NCBI GenBank assembly: GCA_044892525.1
Contig: CM097885.1
Span: forward strand, 222,146,001-222,210,000
Direction: 5' to 3'
Length of the DNA stretch: 64,000 nucleotides
Source: Schmidtea polychroa
Lineage: Eukaryota
Position numbers and translations under genes: made by a program. Positions 36,501 through 48,989 of the stretch are shown here, piece by piece. Position 1 is the first letter of the stretch; every line of letters starts with the position of its first letter. The notes beneath the pieces were generated by a model. It was not told the DNA's origin. It ran no database searches and saw only the letters and a program-made list of their open reading frames with translations.

Positions 36501-39256
36501 TCCAGAATTAAATGATTGAAAATCGAAATTATTAACTGGTTTGCTTGACCACAAGCGTAAAGTATTACAGATGTCATTTTTATATCCAGGTATCGGTGTA
36601 TCATATGGCATTGCCAGTACAGATTCTGTGTCAACCCAACGATTATTTCCATCTTCGGTATTTTGGCAGTGTCCATAAAATTTGATTTCGTGACTATATT
36701 GGGATCGGATTTTTTCCCAAACATTACCATGCTTCAACCAATCATCAGGCTTTTCAATTTGCCATCCATCATGGAAAACCTGTTGAAATATTCCATAGTC
36801 ATAACGGATTCCATATCCGCAAGCAGCAATTCCTAAAGTCGCCATGGAATCTAGAAAGCATGCTGCTAGACGTCCAAGACCTCCATTTCCAAGTCCAGCA
36901 TCATCTTCAATCTCTTCTAATTCTTCGATTTCGAGACCCATTTCATAAAGATTTTGTTTAACTTCTTCAAGTAAATCAATATTCATCATTGTGTTACTCA
37001 ATGTTCTGCCCATGTAAAATTCCAGAGATAAATAATAAACTCGCTAAAATAATAATATTAATTTTATATTTTAATGAAAATTGAATTTACTTTTGGATCG
37101 TTTTTGTTATAAAGTTCCTCAGTTTTGATCCACCGACTACAAATTTGTTCCCAAACCGTTTGAGCGAGGGCGTTATAATGATGTCTTGAAGTTTCTGTTG
37201 AATGATCTTTTACTAGATCGTATTTCAAATTTCTTTTGAAAGCTTCGGAAATTTCAGAGTTCATTAATCGTTTGTTTGAATTCATTTAGTTAATAAATAT
37301 AATACATTAATATGATAATTCAAACAATTTAAAAATATTTTTATTACGGAAATTTAAATATTTTAAAGATATTTGAAATTGCAATTAACAGAAGAGAATA
37401 TAAATATAAAATAAGGAAATAATAGAAAATATAACTGAATAATCTTTTCACATGGAAACTATTTTAAACTTGTAACATTAATAATTTTTAATAAATATTA
37501 ATTTTATTATTTTTAATAAATATTTATTATTATCTTATAATGCAGATAAACTTTTAAAATTGTAGAAAAATTAAAGATTTACATTTTTAAATAATCTAAT
37601 TTATTTGATTTATAAATTTTATTTTATTTACTTTTTAAACACTATTTTAAATTTTATTAAAATTAATTATTTATTACTTTTATTATTTATTTTTTTAAAT
37701 AATCTATTATAAATTTTATTATTATTATTAATTTTTAATTTATTTAATTTGAAAATTTTATTTTATTTTACTTAATTTTTTATTATTTTTAATTTTATTA
37801 CTTACTTTATTTTATTCTATTTTATTAATTAACTATTTTATTATGATTTGATAAATTTAATTAATTAAGTTATTTTATTTATTAATTAATAATATTATTT
37901 ATATTTCCATTTATGTATTTAATATAAATATTACTGAATAATATTTTCATATGAATTAATATTTTTAATATTTAACGTACTAATTGTTAATAAATATTAA
38001 TTTAATTATTCTTAATAAATATTTATTATTATCTAATAATACAGATAAACTTTTGAAATTGTAGAAAAGTTAAAGATTTAAAAATTAAATTTCTCCTTCA
38101 AATTTTCACATTTCTATTTGATTTCATTTGATTTCATTTGATTTCAACTTTATTTTAAAATATTTATTTTAATTTCAAATTTAAAGCTCCAACAATAATA
38201 TTATGCATAATATTTTTTGAATGTTTTAAAATACAGAAAATTCATATTTATTAGCCAGTAGATTGTTCGGGTTGACCAAGTTATAACCAGCGTTCCCAAG
38301 CGGAAACAATTAGAAATAAGTCTATATCTTATAGAATATTTTCAAATGCTCGGCAAAAAATATGCAGATAGGATAAATTTTTAACTTTTTATTTTGGTTT
38401 AATATGTATTTTAATTCATTAGGTAGTTAGTGGCCCAGTTCTCTCAAACGGTGTATTAAATGTTTTGGAAAAGTTGATGAATTTTAAGTTTTTATTTTTC
38501 AGTAATGTATAAAGCGTAGTACCAATCTGATTTTTAACAAAAATCAACATCTTGGTCAAATGCTTTCTTATATCTAAAACCGTTAAAGCAATGTGGACAC
38601 TAGTTACACTTTATTTGCATATTACAGTAGATAGTTAGTAGCTAATTGTAGCACGACTATCCGGTGGGGGTACCCCTAGAAAATTTTTTTTTCTGAAGTA
38701 GTTTTTATTTGCTCAATGGTTACGTAATTGCTGCAGAGTGCTATGCTTATTTTTTCTGGAATTTTCAATACAAAATCCGGCTATACAAAAAAAAGCCATT
38801 TTTTTCTAATTATAGTGAGGGCCTCGATCGATCCTCGGATTTTCAATACAATTTTCAATTCTCGATAAAAAGCATGGATTTTTCTGACTACAGTGAGGAG
38901 GTCTCCTTGAACCTGAGAATTTCTATACAAAATCTAATCCTCGTTAAAAAGACATAATAATTGATAATTTCAGGATATTTTAAATGCAAAAATGGGGTCA
39001 TCAATAAAAAGACGTGGTAATTTAAGGTCTCAGGATATTTTCAATACGAAATCCGATAGTTAAATTTAGTAAAATAAGGCTAAATTTTAAAATTAAGATT
39101 TTAAATAAGTAATATTTTTGATGAAAGTAAAAATTTTAAATAAGTAAATTAAAGTAAGAATTTTAAATTTATTATCAAAAGTTTGAATAATAGTCGATTT
39201 TTGAGAAATGAAAGTTTTAGATTGAAATTTTTATGAAATAATTTTCAGAGACAAAT
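33307..39256 (-). repeat. Right arm of large inverted duplication
   Basis: Reverse complement of 17256-18570 plus 24114-28728, with scattered substitutions and a longer (AAT)n tract. Confidence 0.92.
34794..37285 (-). CDS. PYG: Glycogen phosphorylase, copy 2 (two exons)
   Basis: The 739 aa ORF has the same translation as copy 1; exon 1 differs at one residue (HSTATS versus HSTETS). Confidence 0.97.
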
Positions 39257-39564
39257 NNNNNNNNNNNNNNNNNNNNNNNNNNNNNNNNNNNNNNNNNNNN
39301 NNNNNNNNNNNNNNNNNNNNNNNNNNNNNNNNNNNNNNNNNNNNNNNNNNNNNNNNNNNNNNNNNNNNNNNNNNNNNNNNNNNNNNNNNNNNNCAACAAC
39401 AACCAAGTACTTACAACTAGATACCCACAACCAGGTACCAAGTACTAACCACTAATAACAACCAAATACTTAGCACTATCAATCAAGTACCCAACTACCA
39501 GCAACTAAGTATTTTTAACTAGCTACGAACAAATAAGCATCAAATACTTACAACTAAGTATTTA

Positions 39565-40455
39565 CACCAAACACCACTGAGATGCATTTCCTATAATATA
39601 ACAAAATAATCAATAATCTTACATTATAGAAACATACATACTTACTTTGATTTCACGTTGATGTTCTCATTTATAGCTCAATGAGATACATCTTATATTA
39701 TAGAAATCTGAAAAGTGGAAGGAAAATTAAAAAATGCACACAAGCACAAAACATAATAAAAAAACACATACAAACTTTTGATTCGTAAAATTGTAACGAT
39801 GAGATACGTTTCTATAATAATTCTATTTTAGACAATTATTAGAAAAAAAGATCGTTGAAAATTTTTTAAATTATATTTTTAATGAAAATATCAAGAGCAG
39901 ATGAATTTGGTTCAAAATCTTTTTACTCCAGATTTGATTTCCTTTAAGAATCCCCTCATATTGAGCTCAGAAAAAAAATTACAAAAATTAAAAAAATTAT
40001 TCTAATCAGCGATTTTTCCCAAAATGTTCTAAAAAAATACATTGATTGCTTTATTTATTTAATTAATTATAATTAAAAATATATCGGACTCACATTTTTT
40101 CGAAATAATTCCAAAATACTTTAATAAAAGACATAAAATTCCTAGAAAAGCCTGAAAATTAATTAAAAATAATTTATAATTATAATGTTGAGTAAAAGTA
40201 AAATTTAAGAAATTGAATAATGATCTCATATCTATATGGATCAAAATTCAAGACTTAAACTTTACTTAAAATTAAATATCTTACCTGAAAGCCATTTCTA
40301 AAATGGCTAAAATAAATTTCCAAAAAAAATTATTATTGTAAGCAATTCAGTAAATGAATGTAAATTGATGAAGATGATTCACAGTAAATTGGTGAGAGAA
40401 ATTGTTCTACACGCCAACCACCACTATAGAGAATGTATCTCAGTGGTGTTTGGTG
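39565..40455. mobile_element. TA-flanked MITE, copy 2, inserted in satellite module A
   Basis: Same TIRs as 1523-2420; TA at 39563-39564 and 40456-40457; satellite A on both sides. Confidence 0.87.
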
Positions 40456-40842
40456 TACAACCAACAAACAACTAGCTAGTAACAGATTAGTACCAACAAC
40501 TAGATCCCAACAACAATCAACCAACTAGGTACTACCTACCAAGTACTAACTACCTCTTAAACAACTAGATACTTACAACTAGTGCATGTCGGGATTTGGC
40601 CATTTTCTCTATACCTGTATTTCTGTATTGAAAATTTAAAACCGGGATACCGGTATTAATACCGAAATAATACCGAAATATTTATAAATAAAAAAATCAA
40701 ATTAGTCCCATTTAAAAATTAAATTTTATGAAGTTTATAAAAATTTATTAACTGGTTTTGTTATAAATATTTATTCATCATGTGTCTACTATGAATAGAC
40801 TTTAATATAAGAAATTAAATCAATTAACGATTTTCTCATTAA

Positions 40843-41360
40843 TCATGATCGTAAAATACACAGGGCATCAACTGTACCATCTCCAAGAGAAGTACGAAGT
40901 TTTGTAATAAAATTGTCGGATGCTAAAAATGCTCTCTCTGGTTCGACACTGGTAGGTTTAACGTTTAATAACCAATCGTGTATTTGTTTAAGGTTGATGC
41001 TGACACTTCCATTGACTTCAAATAGATCTATTTCTCTTTTCAAAATTGAAGATAACTTATTTGATTGTGTAGAGTTTTGGTTAACTTTTAACTCATTTTG
41101 ACTGTTAATAGCTAAATTTAATTTGTCTTTTAGTGAGACATTTTGTGGATTAAAGGTGTATGGTTGTGCTTCCAAATCATCTTCATCATTTTTAGTTTCC
41201 TGTGCTAACGAAGACTGCAAAATTCCTAGGGAAATTGGTCAATAACTTTTTTACTTGGGCGAATTCCCGGTAAACTTTCAACTTCCAACATATCACCACG
41301 ATGTAAATACTGCGACGCATCTTAGTATACGGTTCTTTTCTCAGCAATTCTTTCGATCAA
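40843..41360 (-). pseudogene. hAT transposase C-terminal dimerisation domain fragment
   Basis: LLNVKPTSVEPERAFLASDNFITKLRTSLGDGTVDALCIL. Confidence 0.8.
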
Positions 41361-43222
41361 CGCTTCCTTCAATTTGTTTCCAAAACATTCGTCGTATGCT
41401 CCCTCAGAACATGGGACAAACGGAAAAATGATGTATTCAAAAAATTGGGACTCATATATGAAGAGTAGATGCCCATAAAGAACAAAATGATAGATAGAGT
41501 GATTAAAGGCTCCAGAAAAACATATGAAAATCATCGGGGCTTCTATCAATAACACAAGAAAAACGAGAATGGATGATTGTGCTCGCATCCTTAAAATAGC
41601 ACACATGAATATTAAACACCCCATGCAGTAGCTCGCCTACTGTATTTGGATTAGCATATTTATTATGCTGATTTCCATTTTCATTAATAAATTTAAAATA
41701 AAATTTAAATAAATTTAAATCGTTGTAATTGTTTCATTTTCGACCTAATTGGTTTTGACTTCTTTGGTTATTATTCCCTAATTAGCTATTTCTGTTGACC
41801 CTCTTCGTAATTCCCTTTCATTTGTTTACCCTAGTTTATCCGGTTGTTTGGATAATTGCCCTCTGAATTCCTCGTTTGTTTACCCTTCCAAATTGCTGTG
41901 CTCGGGTTTTCTTCATCGCTCGGGTTCTCCATTGGCTCGGGTTTCCCATTAGCCAATTAATTAATTAATTAATATTTTACGTTTTTTCACATTTCTCTGT
42001 TTTACGACCCAGTCTAAACATTTTCTAACAATTCCTTGCTCACTGTCTTCTTCTCCATCCTCTAATCTACCCCTCTCCCGTTTTCCAGCTTCAATTTCAA
42101 TAACTTTTCACTTTATTCCACTTCCTCAGCTTTGCGCATTTTTCCATTTCATGTCTGATTGTACCCTTTTATAGTTCTGTTTTATCATATCTTTCTTTGC
42201 CATTACTTCTCTGCTTGACCGCCATTCTATTTCGGTTTCCTTTTTAATCTGAACTATATAATTTAATAATTTACTTTTTTAAAACCTCAACAAATGTATA
42301 TTTACATGTTTTGTGGTGAAATGTTAATTTAAAAAATTTTGTAATAAAGTTGAGAAATCATATAATTTTGAAAAAAATTTTGAGTTGGGAAATTTAGGGA
42401 AAATTATTTTTGGAACTTCTTTAAATTTGGGAAATATTGGGAAAATTATTTTCGGGGCTTTTTATTTTCTGGTGAAATTTTAAGTTTGGAAAATTTGGGA
42501 AAATTATTTTTGAAACTTTTTAAATTTGGGGAGATTTTTTGAGTTATGGAAATTTATTTTGAGGAATTTATGATTTAGGAAGATTTTTCTTGTAAATATC
42601 CTGTATATTTCTTATACGGTTGATTTCTATTACTAAAATTATATTTAAAAAAATATTATAAGTAACATACTTTCCCAAAATTTTCTAAGTATATTTTCTA
42701 TTACATAAATATTCTTCAAATTTTCTAAGTAATTTTTGTTAATTTACATATTTATTTTTTATGCTTTTGTTCATTGTCTCCACATGTGTTAAAGAATACG
42801 AATTTATTTCTATAATATAAGTTTATATATGTTTGATAATATATGAAAGCTTTTATATTATGGCATTTGATGATGATGTTATTCATAGTCATGTGTTAAA
42901 GCATACGATTTGAATTCTATAATACAAGTTGGTCTTAGTTTCATAATATATAGAAAATGTTATATTATGCCGTGACCTATATTTTAATTTAGAGACTTTG
43001 GAGCTCATTTCCATGGACTAAACTTTAGAGTATGTCTTTTTAATCGAATATTGTACATCGCAATGCAAACAAGAATGAAAGATTTACGCAATTATCTTAA
43101 TATAGCGAGTTATATGGGTTTCTTTACAATATCGGCATTAATTAATTTTATGCTTGTTATAGATAATCAATTATAATAAATTGAATAGTATGATATAGTA
43201 ATGATATATTAATCATCTAACC

Positions 43223-44038
43223 ATGCTTCACAAATCTTCAAAATTTTGTCCTAGGTGTAAAACTTGGGTGTCTGTAAAAACATCCGAATGGTGTGGGTTG
43301 CATAAATGTTTTTGCGAAAGGAAATTCCATAGCTTAGACATTTTGACCAATCATCTCGCCTTGATACATTACTATGATTATCAACAAATATCCCATTTCC
43401 TTCACAGAAATCCAAAATCCAAGACTGGAAATTTTGGAGATTTGAAAAATTCGAAACCAAAGTCCAGTTGGATCAGTGATGTCCATTGCATGAGTTGTGT
43501 CAACTATTTGACAAATCACTGTGACCAAATTAGATATTGTAAAAAAATCAAATGCAATGATTCTATTAATTGCACTTTTATTGCCCATAGCCAAGAAATT
43601 ATGAAGCAGCATCTCTCTGAAATCCATTCTAAAATTCCCATTAAGCATGCGACAAAACATTTTTCAGATCAATGGTGTGATAACATCTGGTCGAAAAAGC
43701 AATATTTTTTATGTCAGTTATGTAACAGTTTTGTCACCTACCCCAATGGTGATAGGGAATCAAAGCTAAAGTGCTCCGGTTTCACTTGTCCGATCAAGAC
43801 ATGTGACAATGATCCTAGTAGGAAATCATATCACAATATAGATCACTTATTAGCCCATATGAAGCAACAGCATCAGTATTGGAAATGTGTAAATTGTTCG
43901 AAATTCCTTCCACCAAATGTTGATACAAAATGTAGGCAAATTTATTGTCAGAATTGCCATCTGATTCATCATAGCAATAATGACGTGGATGAGTGCAAAG
44001 TAACGTTGAATGTCAGTGCCATGTCATCCGCTTATTGA
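43223..44038 (+). CDS. Intronless Cys/His-rich protein with about three C2H2-like fingers, function unknown
   Basis: 271 aa open frame in a very AT-rich context; CFCERKFHSLDILTNHLALIH, CTFIAHSQEIMKQHLSEIH and CPIKTC...YHNIDHLLAHMKQQH plus extra CxxC clusters. Confidence 0.7.
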   Translation: MLHKSSKFCPRCKTWVSVKTSEWCGLHKCFCERKFHSLDILTNHLALIHYYDYQQISHFLHRNPKSKTGNFGDLKNSKPKSSWISDVHCMSCVNYLTNHCDQIRYCKKIKCNDSINCTFIAHSQEIMKQHLSEIHSKIPIKHATKHFSDQWCDNIWSKKQYFLCQLCNSFVTYPNGDRESKLKCSGFTCPIKTCDNDPSRKSYHNIDHLLAHMKQQHQYWKCVNCSKFLPPNVDTKCRQIYCQNCHLIHHSNNDVDECKVTLNVSAMSSAY

Positions 44039-44456
44039 GTGAAAATGTGGAAAATTTGAAACAAATTGTCATTTTGCAATGTCATTTATTTGGATTCAGC
44101 ATAAATGAAAATTCAAAAATAAAAATAATTGTAAAGTCGTATCAATTATTAATTAGTAATTCTTAATAAAATGTTTCATATTTCAAGTAAGTGATTTTTT
44201 TTTAGTTATTTTATAGATCAAATGATGGTCACTGTCATCAAGGGGACTGCAGGACATACATTTCTGACTAATAAAATAAAGTATTCATAAAAAATAAAAA
44301 TTTCAAAAATTTTAAGAAATATTAAAAATTTTTAAATTAAAATTCTTTTTAATATTTCTCTTAATAACAATATCCATAATAAATGTCGAATCCATATTTT
44401 ACACTGTACACTTTTACATGAAAAAATAAATATTTTTTTTTATGATTACTCTAAAC

Positions 44457-44780
44457 CAGCGTTTCCCAAAGTGGGTTCCGTGGACTGATATCAGGGGTTC
44501 CGCGAGCTTTTTGTAAATAAATAATTTATAAAAAAAAAGATTTATAAATAAAGATTAATAAATAATTCTCGATTTTATTCGATCCAATTTAAAATTCTTT
44601 TTCAAAGGGAAACCACAGTTTTCTTAATTATATTGTTTTAAAATACGCCTTAAAAATACGAATTTAAAATTAGTTTTAATAATATTTGATATTAAATATC
44701 TAAGATTTTTGTAAATAGGGTTCCGTCAAAAATTTGAAATCAAAAATTGTGCCGCGGTGAAAAAACTTTGGGAAACGCTA
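44457..44780. mobile_element. hAT MITE, 324 bp
   Basis: TIR CAGCGTTTCCCAAAGT / ACTTTGGGAAACGCTA; perfect 8 bp TSD CTCTAAAC. Confidence 0.9.
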
Positions 44781-46949
44781 CTCTAAACACTTTTTCAAAT
44801 CAAATTTCCAGATTAATAAATAGATTATTTTAATATTTAATTTTTTGGTGTAAAATATGGATTCGACAATAAATAATTAAAAGCTTTTAAAAAAGTTGTA
44901 AAATAAGTTTTAATTATTCCAGCGAATTTAAGGAAATTATATACAGTAATACCTAGTTAAACGTAAAACGATATCAAAATTTTAAATAATTTTTGTTAGT
45001 AATTCATTATTCGTAATTACTAAATTACTATTAGTAATTAGTTAATGATGAAAATATTTATTGAAATTCTGGAAAATTTAATTAAAATAACAATTAATAA
45101 AAATAAAGATGACGCGGAAAAAGAGTATGAGCTCAAATTTGCAATTAAAGAATTATATAATTTTATTAGCGGTAAAAATATCAGAAATGGACCCGGTTTT
45201 TGAAAGAACTACGAAAATGAAACGTGGTTAAGGAAAATAAAATAAAAGCAAAACAAATCACACTCAAGAGATTTTTTAAAATAAACCTAAAATATTTTAT
45301 TTTAAATAATTGAAATTTATTTATTTTTATATTGCTTTATTTTCAAACATTATAATGTACTAAATTATATAGAAAAATACGCACGTTTTGAATAAAGAGA
45401 AACAAGAATATATGTTAATTTAATTAAATTATAATAATTTCAGTGGGACAGCATATTAAAATGTTACGAAATAAGCTACAAGACGTTCGATCATCAGTTA
45501 AAGAAGCAGTCATCAAATTATCAAATTGGGAAGAGATATGAAAGAGGACGGCCAAAGCATGGAATCGTAGTGTTGGGTTATTGGGTTGGTGATAAAATTA
45601 AAATTCTTACTCTGACTCCAAGCGTGTCTTTGACTGACCCACAAACAGCAATTAACACCGGAAATTTTATTGAATATCACAAATATTTTCACAATGATAC
45701 AATTGGTTCAACAAGCTAACTATCGATTATACAGTGAGGAATAGCACACGTCTATAACCTTGATTTGACAAATCTCTCACAACCGAGGAGTGTAATAATT
45801 GGTAATTTTCTGATTTTGATTTGAATTTCGCCAAACTTTACTCTATTATCAACTGAATAAACTCTTGCTGCTTCTCTTTATTTCTGTTTTCTCTTTAATT
45901 TCTCCGCTTCAATTTTTTCAAATTCTCTAATTAAATTCTTCTCTCTGCTTCTGCTGTGCTTCCTCCTTTTATGCCTCATCACTTTGCGGCACTTCAGTTT
46001 ATCTTCAATTTCCCATTTTTTTCTTCAACATGATTTCCCAATTTTCCCTGCGACTGCATTATCTTTGACAGCTGTCGAGAAATTTTCTAATTTTCCCTTT
46101 TGCGGCTCCGGCCTGTTTTTGTTTTATTCCCGTTATCTCTGACAAGCTGCCGAGATAAGAAAATTATTGTTTTTTCTATTTTCTTGATTTCGAAATTCTT
46201 TTTCCTTTTTGGTACTAATTAATTAGTGCTGACCTTTGTTTTTGTTTTCATGTCTCATTTCTTTTGTTTCATACCTTTTTCTCATTTCTCATTTCTTTTT
46301 GCTTCCGTTTCAATTTCTGAGTTCCCACAGATCGTCCCGTTTGTCATGACGATCTTCCCCCAGGTAATTTTATTTTTTATTTATAAATTTGTTATTTAGG
46401 CATCCTCAACAGTAGTAACTAAAATGTTGTCAAAATTTGTTACAGCTTAGCATGAACCGATGAGTCCAATTCTGGGATTCTTAATAACTACAGAATCCCG
46501 GTTATACAACGCAACACAATGCTGCAAATTCAATGATATTTTCAATAACAATAACAATTTAAATTTTCACATACAATTTGAAATTAATTTTAAATGTTTA
46601 TCAAAACTGATAATAAAATGACAATACAACAGAATAAACAAATGCGAATATTATTATTTGTTTGGCTTCCTAATACCGAAAAATTATATTATACATGTGT
46701 CCAAGTGTTGATAACATTCAATTTTCACGTTGACATGTGATCACTTATATGCCATCGAAACATGCATTCATTTAAACAATTATTTATTTTAAAAGTTTAC
46801 AAAAATGAAATTTTATGATTGTTCAGTTATTGTCCAATCAGAATCATTCATTAAATAATTTTTTTTAGAAAGTTTTCTGAGAGTAAAATTTTAGACTTAT
46901 AAAAATGAGTTCTTGATAAAATTAAGTGGAATTTCTAAAAATCCCAATT

Positions 46950-48023
46950 ATGAGCTCTAATATTAGCGGAAATCACAACAAAACTGACTATGATTTCTAT
47001 AAAATTTATTATTTAAATTTGGAAAAGTATTATCTGAACTGGTATTTACCTATAACGATTTTCGTTGGAATAATTGGTGGAATAGTTTGTGCAACATTTT
47101 TGATTATCTCGAAAATCTTCCCGAAAAACGTTTTGATTTGGATGCTGAGTATTTGTATTGGGGATTTGATGATTCTATTATTTGACGCTTTGAGGATGCT
47201 ACTGAAAATCTGGGTTGGATTCGATATCCGGGATTTCAATAACACGATTTGCAAAATGCACAACTTTTTCTCAAATTATTTCATTTACTGGTCGGGATAC
47301 ATGCAAACTTGCATGTCAATTCAGAGATTAATTTCGATTCTAAATCCACTGAAAGCCAGAGGTGTGTTTACAAATAAATTAGTATTATCCGTTTGGGTCA
47401 GTGTGTCGGTTTTGTTGACCGGTCCTATGATACCATATTTACTTTACTGGCAACTTTCTGAAGAGAAGCAAGGAAAAGATTGTTCGCCTGTAAATAAAAA
47501 TTTATACGCTCTAATAACAGTTCTTGACATAACAATATGGGGTATTATTCCTCTGTTGACCATGATAACATCGACAATCGGCATCAGCTTTGTAGTGTTT
47601 AAGTCTACAAGCGAAGTCGGCACCTTTTCTAGCCAATCACAGTCAATTAAATTGGTCAATAACACATCTCGACGACATGCGCAAGTCAACAATGAGAGAG
47701 CTTGGCAAGTAACTCGGCTGTTGATTTGTATGAACATCTTATATTTTATCAGTAATTTCCCGTTGCTTATTTATCAAATTTACCTCAATGCCGGAGGCAA
47801 TAAAGTTGACAAGTCCATGCCTCAACAGCTCCACAAAACGATTTATTACACTTTAAGAAGCATTTGTTATTTGAGCAGCTCCTGGAATTGGGTGTTTTAT
47901 TGCGTCGGCGGCCATCAATTCCGAGTTCGGGCTTTACAGATAATCCAACGTTTTAACTGTTTTCGTAAACCGGTTCTACCAAATGAAACGCAAACGAAAA
48001 CAATCAACCTAACTTCATATTGA
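46950..48023 (+). CDS. Intronless class A (rhodopsin-like) GPCR, probably peptide receptor (FMRFamide-receptor-like group)
   Basis: Seven hydrophobic segments, N-terminal NxS/T sites, TM2 Asp (IGDL), TM3 Cys and an ECL2 Cys, SIQRLISI at the DRY position, NWVFY at the NPxxY position; ATG at 46950. Confidence 0.88.
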   Translation: MSSNISGNHNKTDYDFYKIYYLNLEKYYLNWYLPITIFVGIIGGIVCATFLIISKIFPKNVLIWMLSICIGDLMILLFDALRMLLKIWVGFDIRDFNNTICKMHNFFSNYFIYWSGYMQTCMSIQRLISILNPLKARGVFTNKLVLSVWVSVSVLLTGPMIPYLLYWQLSEEKQGKDCSPVNKNLYALITVLDITIWGIIPLLTMITSTIGISFVVFKSTSEVGTFSSQSQSIKLVNNTSRRHAQVNNERAWQVTRLLICMNILYFISNFPLLIYQIYLNAGGNKVDKSMPQQLHKTIYYTLRSICYLSSSWNWVFYCVGGHQFRVRALQIIQRFNCFRKPVLPNETQTKTINLTSY

Positions 48024-48989
48024 AATCTCGACAAACATTTTTGAAATTTGTGATGATTATTTAATATTTTATTTTTGTTTTTTCAAAATTTCTTGAAATA
48101 AAATTCCATTTTTCTATTTATCGATTTTATTTTTGTTTATATGATTCAACAAATTAAAATAATTATTGATTGATTTGAATTTTGACTTAATTTTTTAAAT
48201 GTCATTATCGATTATGGTGCTTGACTTTCTAATTAGTTAAATAAATCATTGCATCTTTTAAAATTTTTCAAAATCTGATGAAGCATTTATTTCTGGAATT
48301 GAAAGTCAGAACTTGCACTTTGCACTTTGCACTTGCACATAAGAATCAATATTGCAAATTAAAAATTTTTTGGGTCGAAGGAAAATTTTATCCCTCGCTA
48401 AAAGCTATCGAGAGGACGGGTACAATAACTGGAACTGAGACAGAAACCTCATTACTACTTTTATTACGGTTAAAGAAAAAAATTGAAGACAAAATTAAAT
48501 AGAGGAATATTGGTTTTTGAATTATTCTACAAAATCAGATTTGAATAAGTTTCTGCGAGACAGTTTCCTATTGGGTAATCTCAGTGCCAGCTTTAGGTAT
48601 AGGCGGCTACCTAGAGCGGCATTATTTTAAGGGGCGGCAAAATTATAAAAATTTAAAAATATTTTTTATGTTATGAAAAATATTTGTTGTTCTTTGTGCT
48701 ACTAATATCACTTTTTATGTAGCACAAAATTGTCTAAGACCGGCAATGCGATAACCACCGTGGTAACAGATTACCCAAGTTGATTACTCACCTAGAGCGG
48801 CATTATCTGCATTCAAAAAGAAATAAAGAATTGTAGTATCCACATACCGTTAACACTTTAATATCTGTTTGCAAATCACTAAATAATTCCATAAATTTTA
48901 TTTAAAAAATTATACACTCAAAAACTCATCTCTTCTTTTGTTTTTTATTTAAACAAATTTTAATCTTCTTTTTAAAATATTCTTCGATA

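Noticed and set aside
17256-39256. Palindrome as a pure haplotype mis-assembly
   Set aside because: Not favoured because the centre is ungapped, has its own hairpin logic and a microhomology deletion junction; it cannot be fully excluded without reads.
41760-42240. Retrotransposon gag relics in purine-rich minus-strand tracts (also ~45840-46380 and ~51000-51680)
   Set aside because: Composition is suggestive but no intact CCHC, RT or other diagnostic motif could be read.
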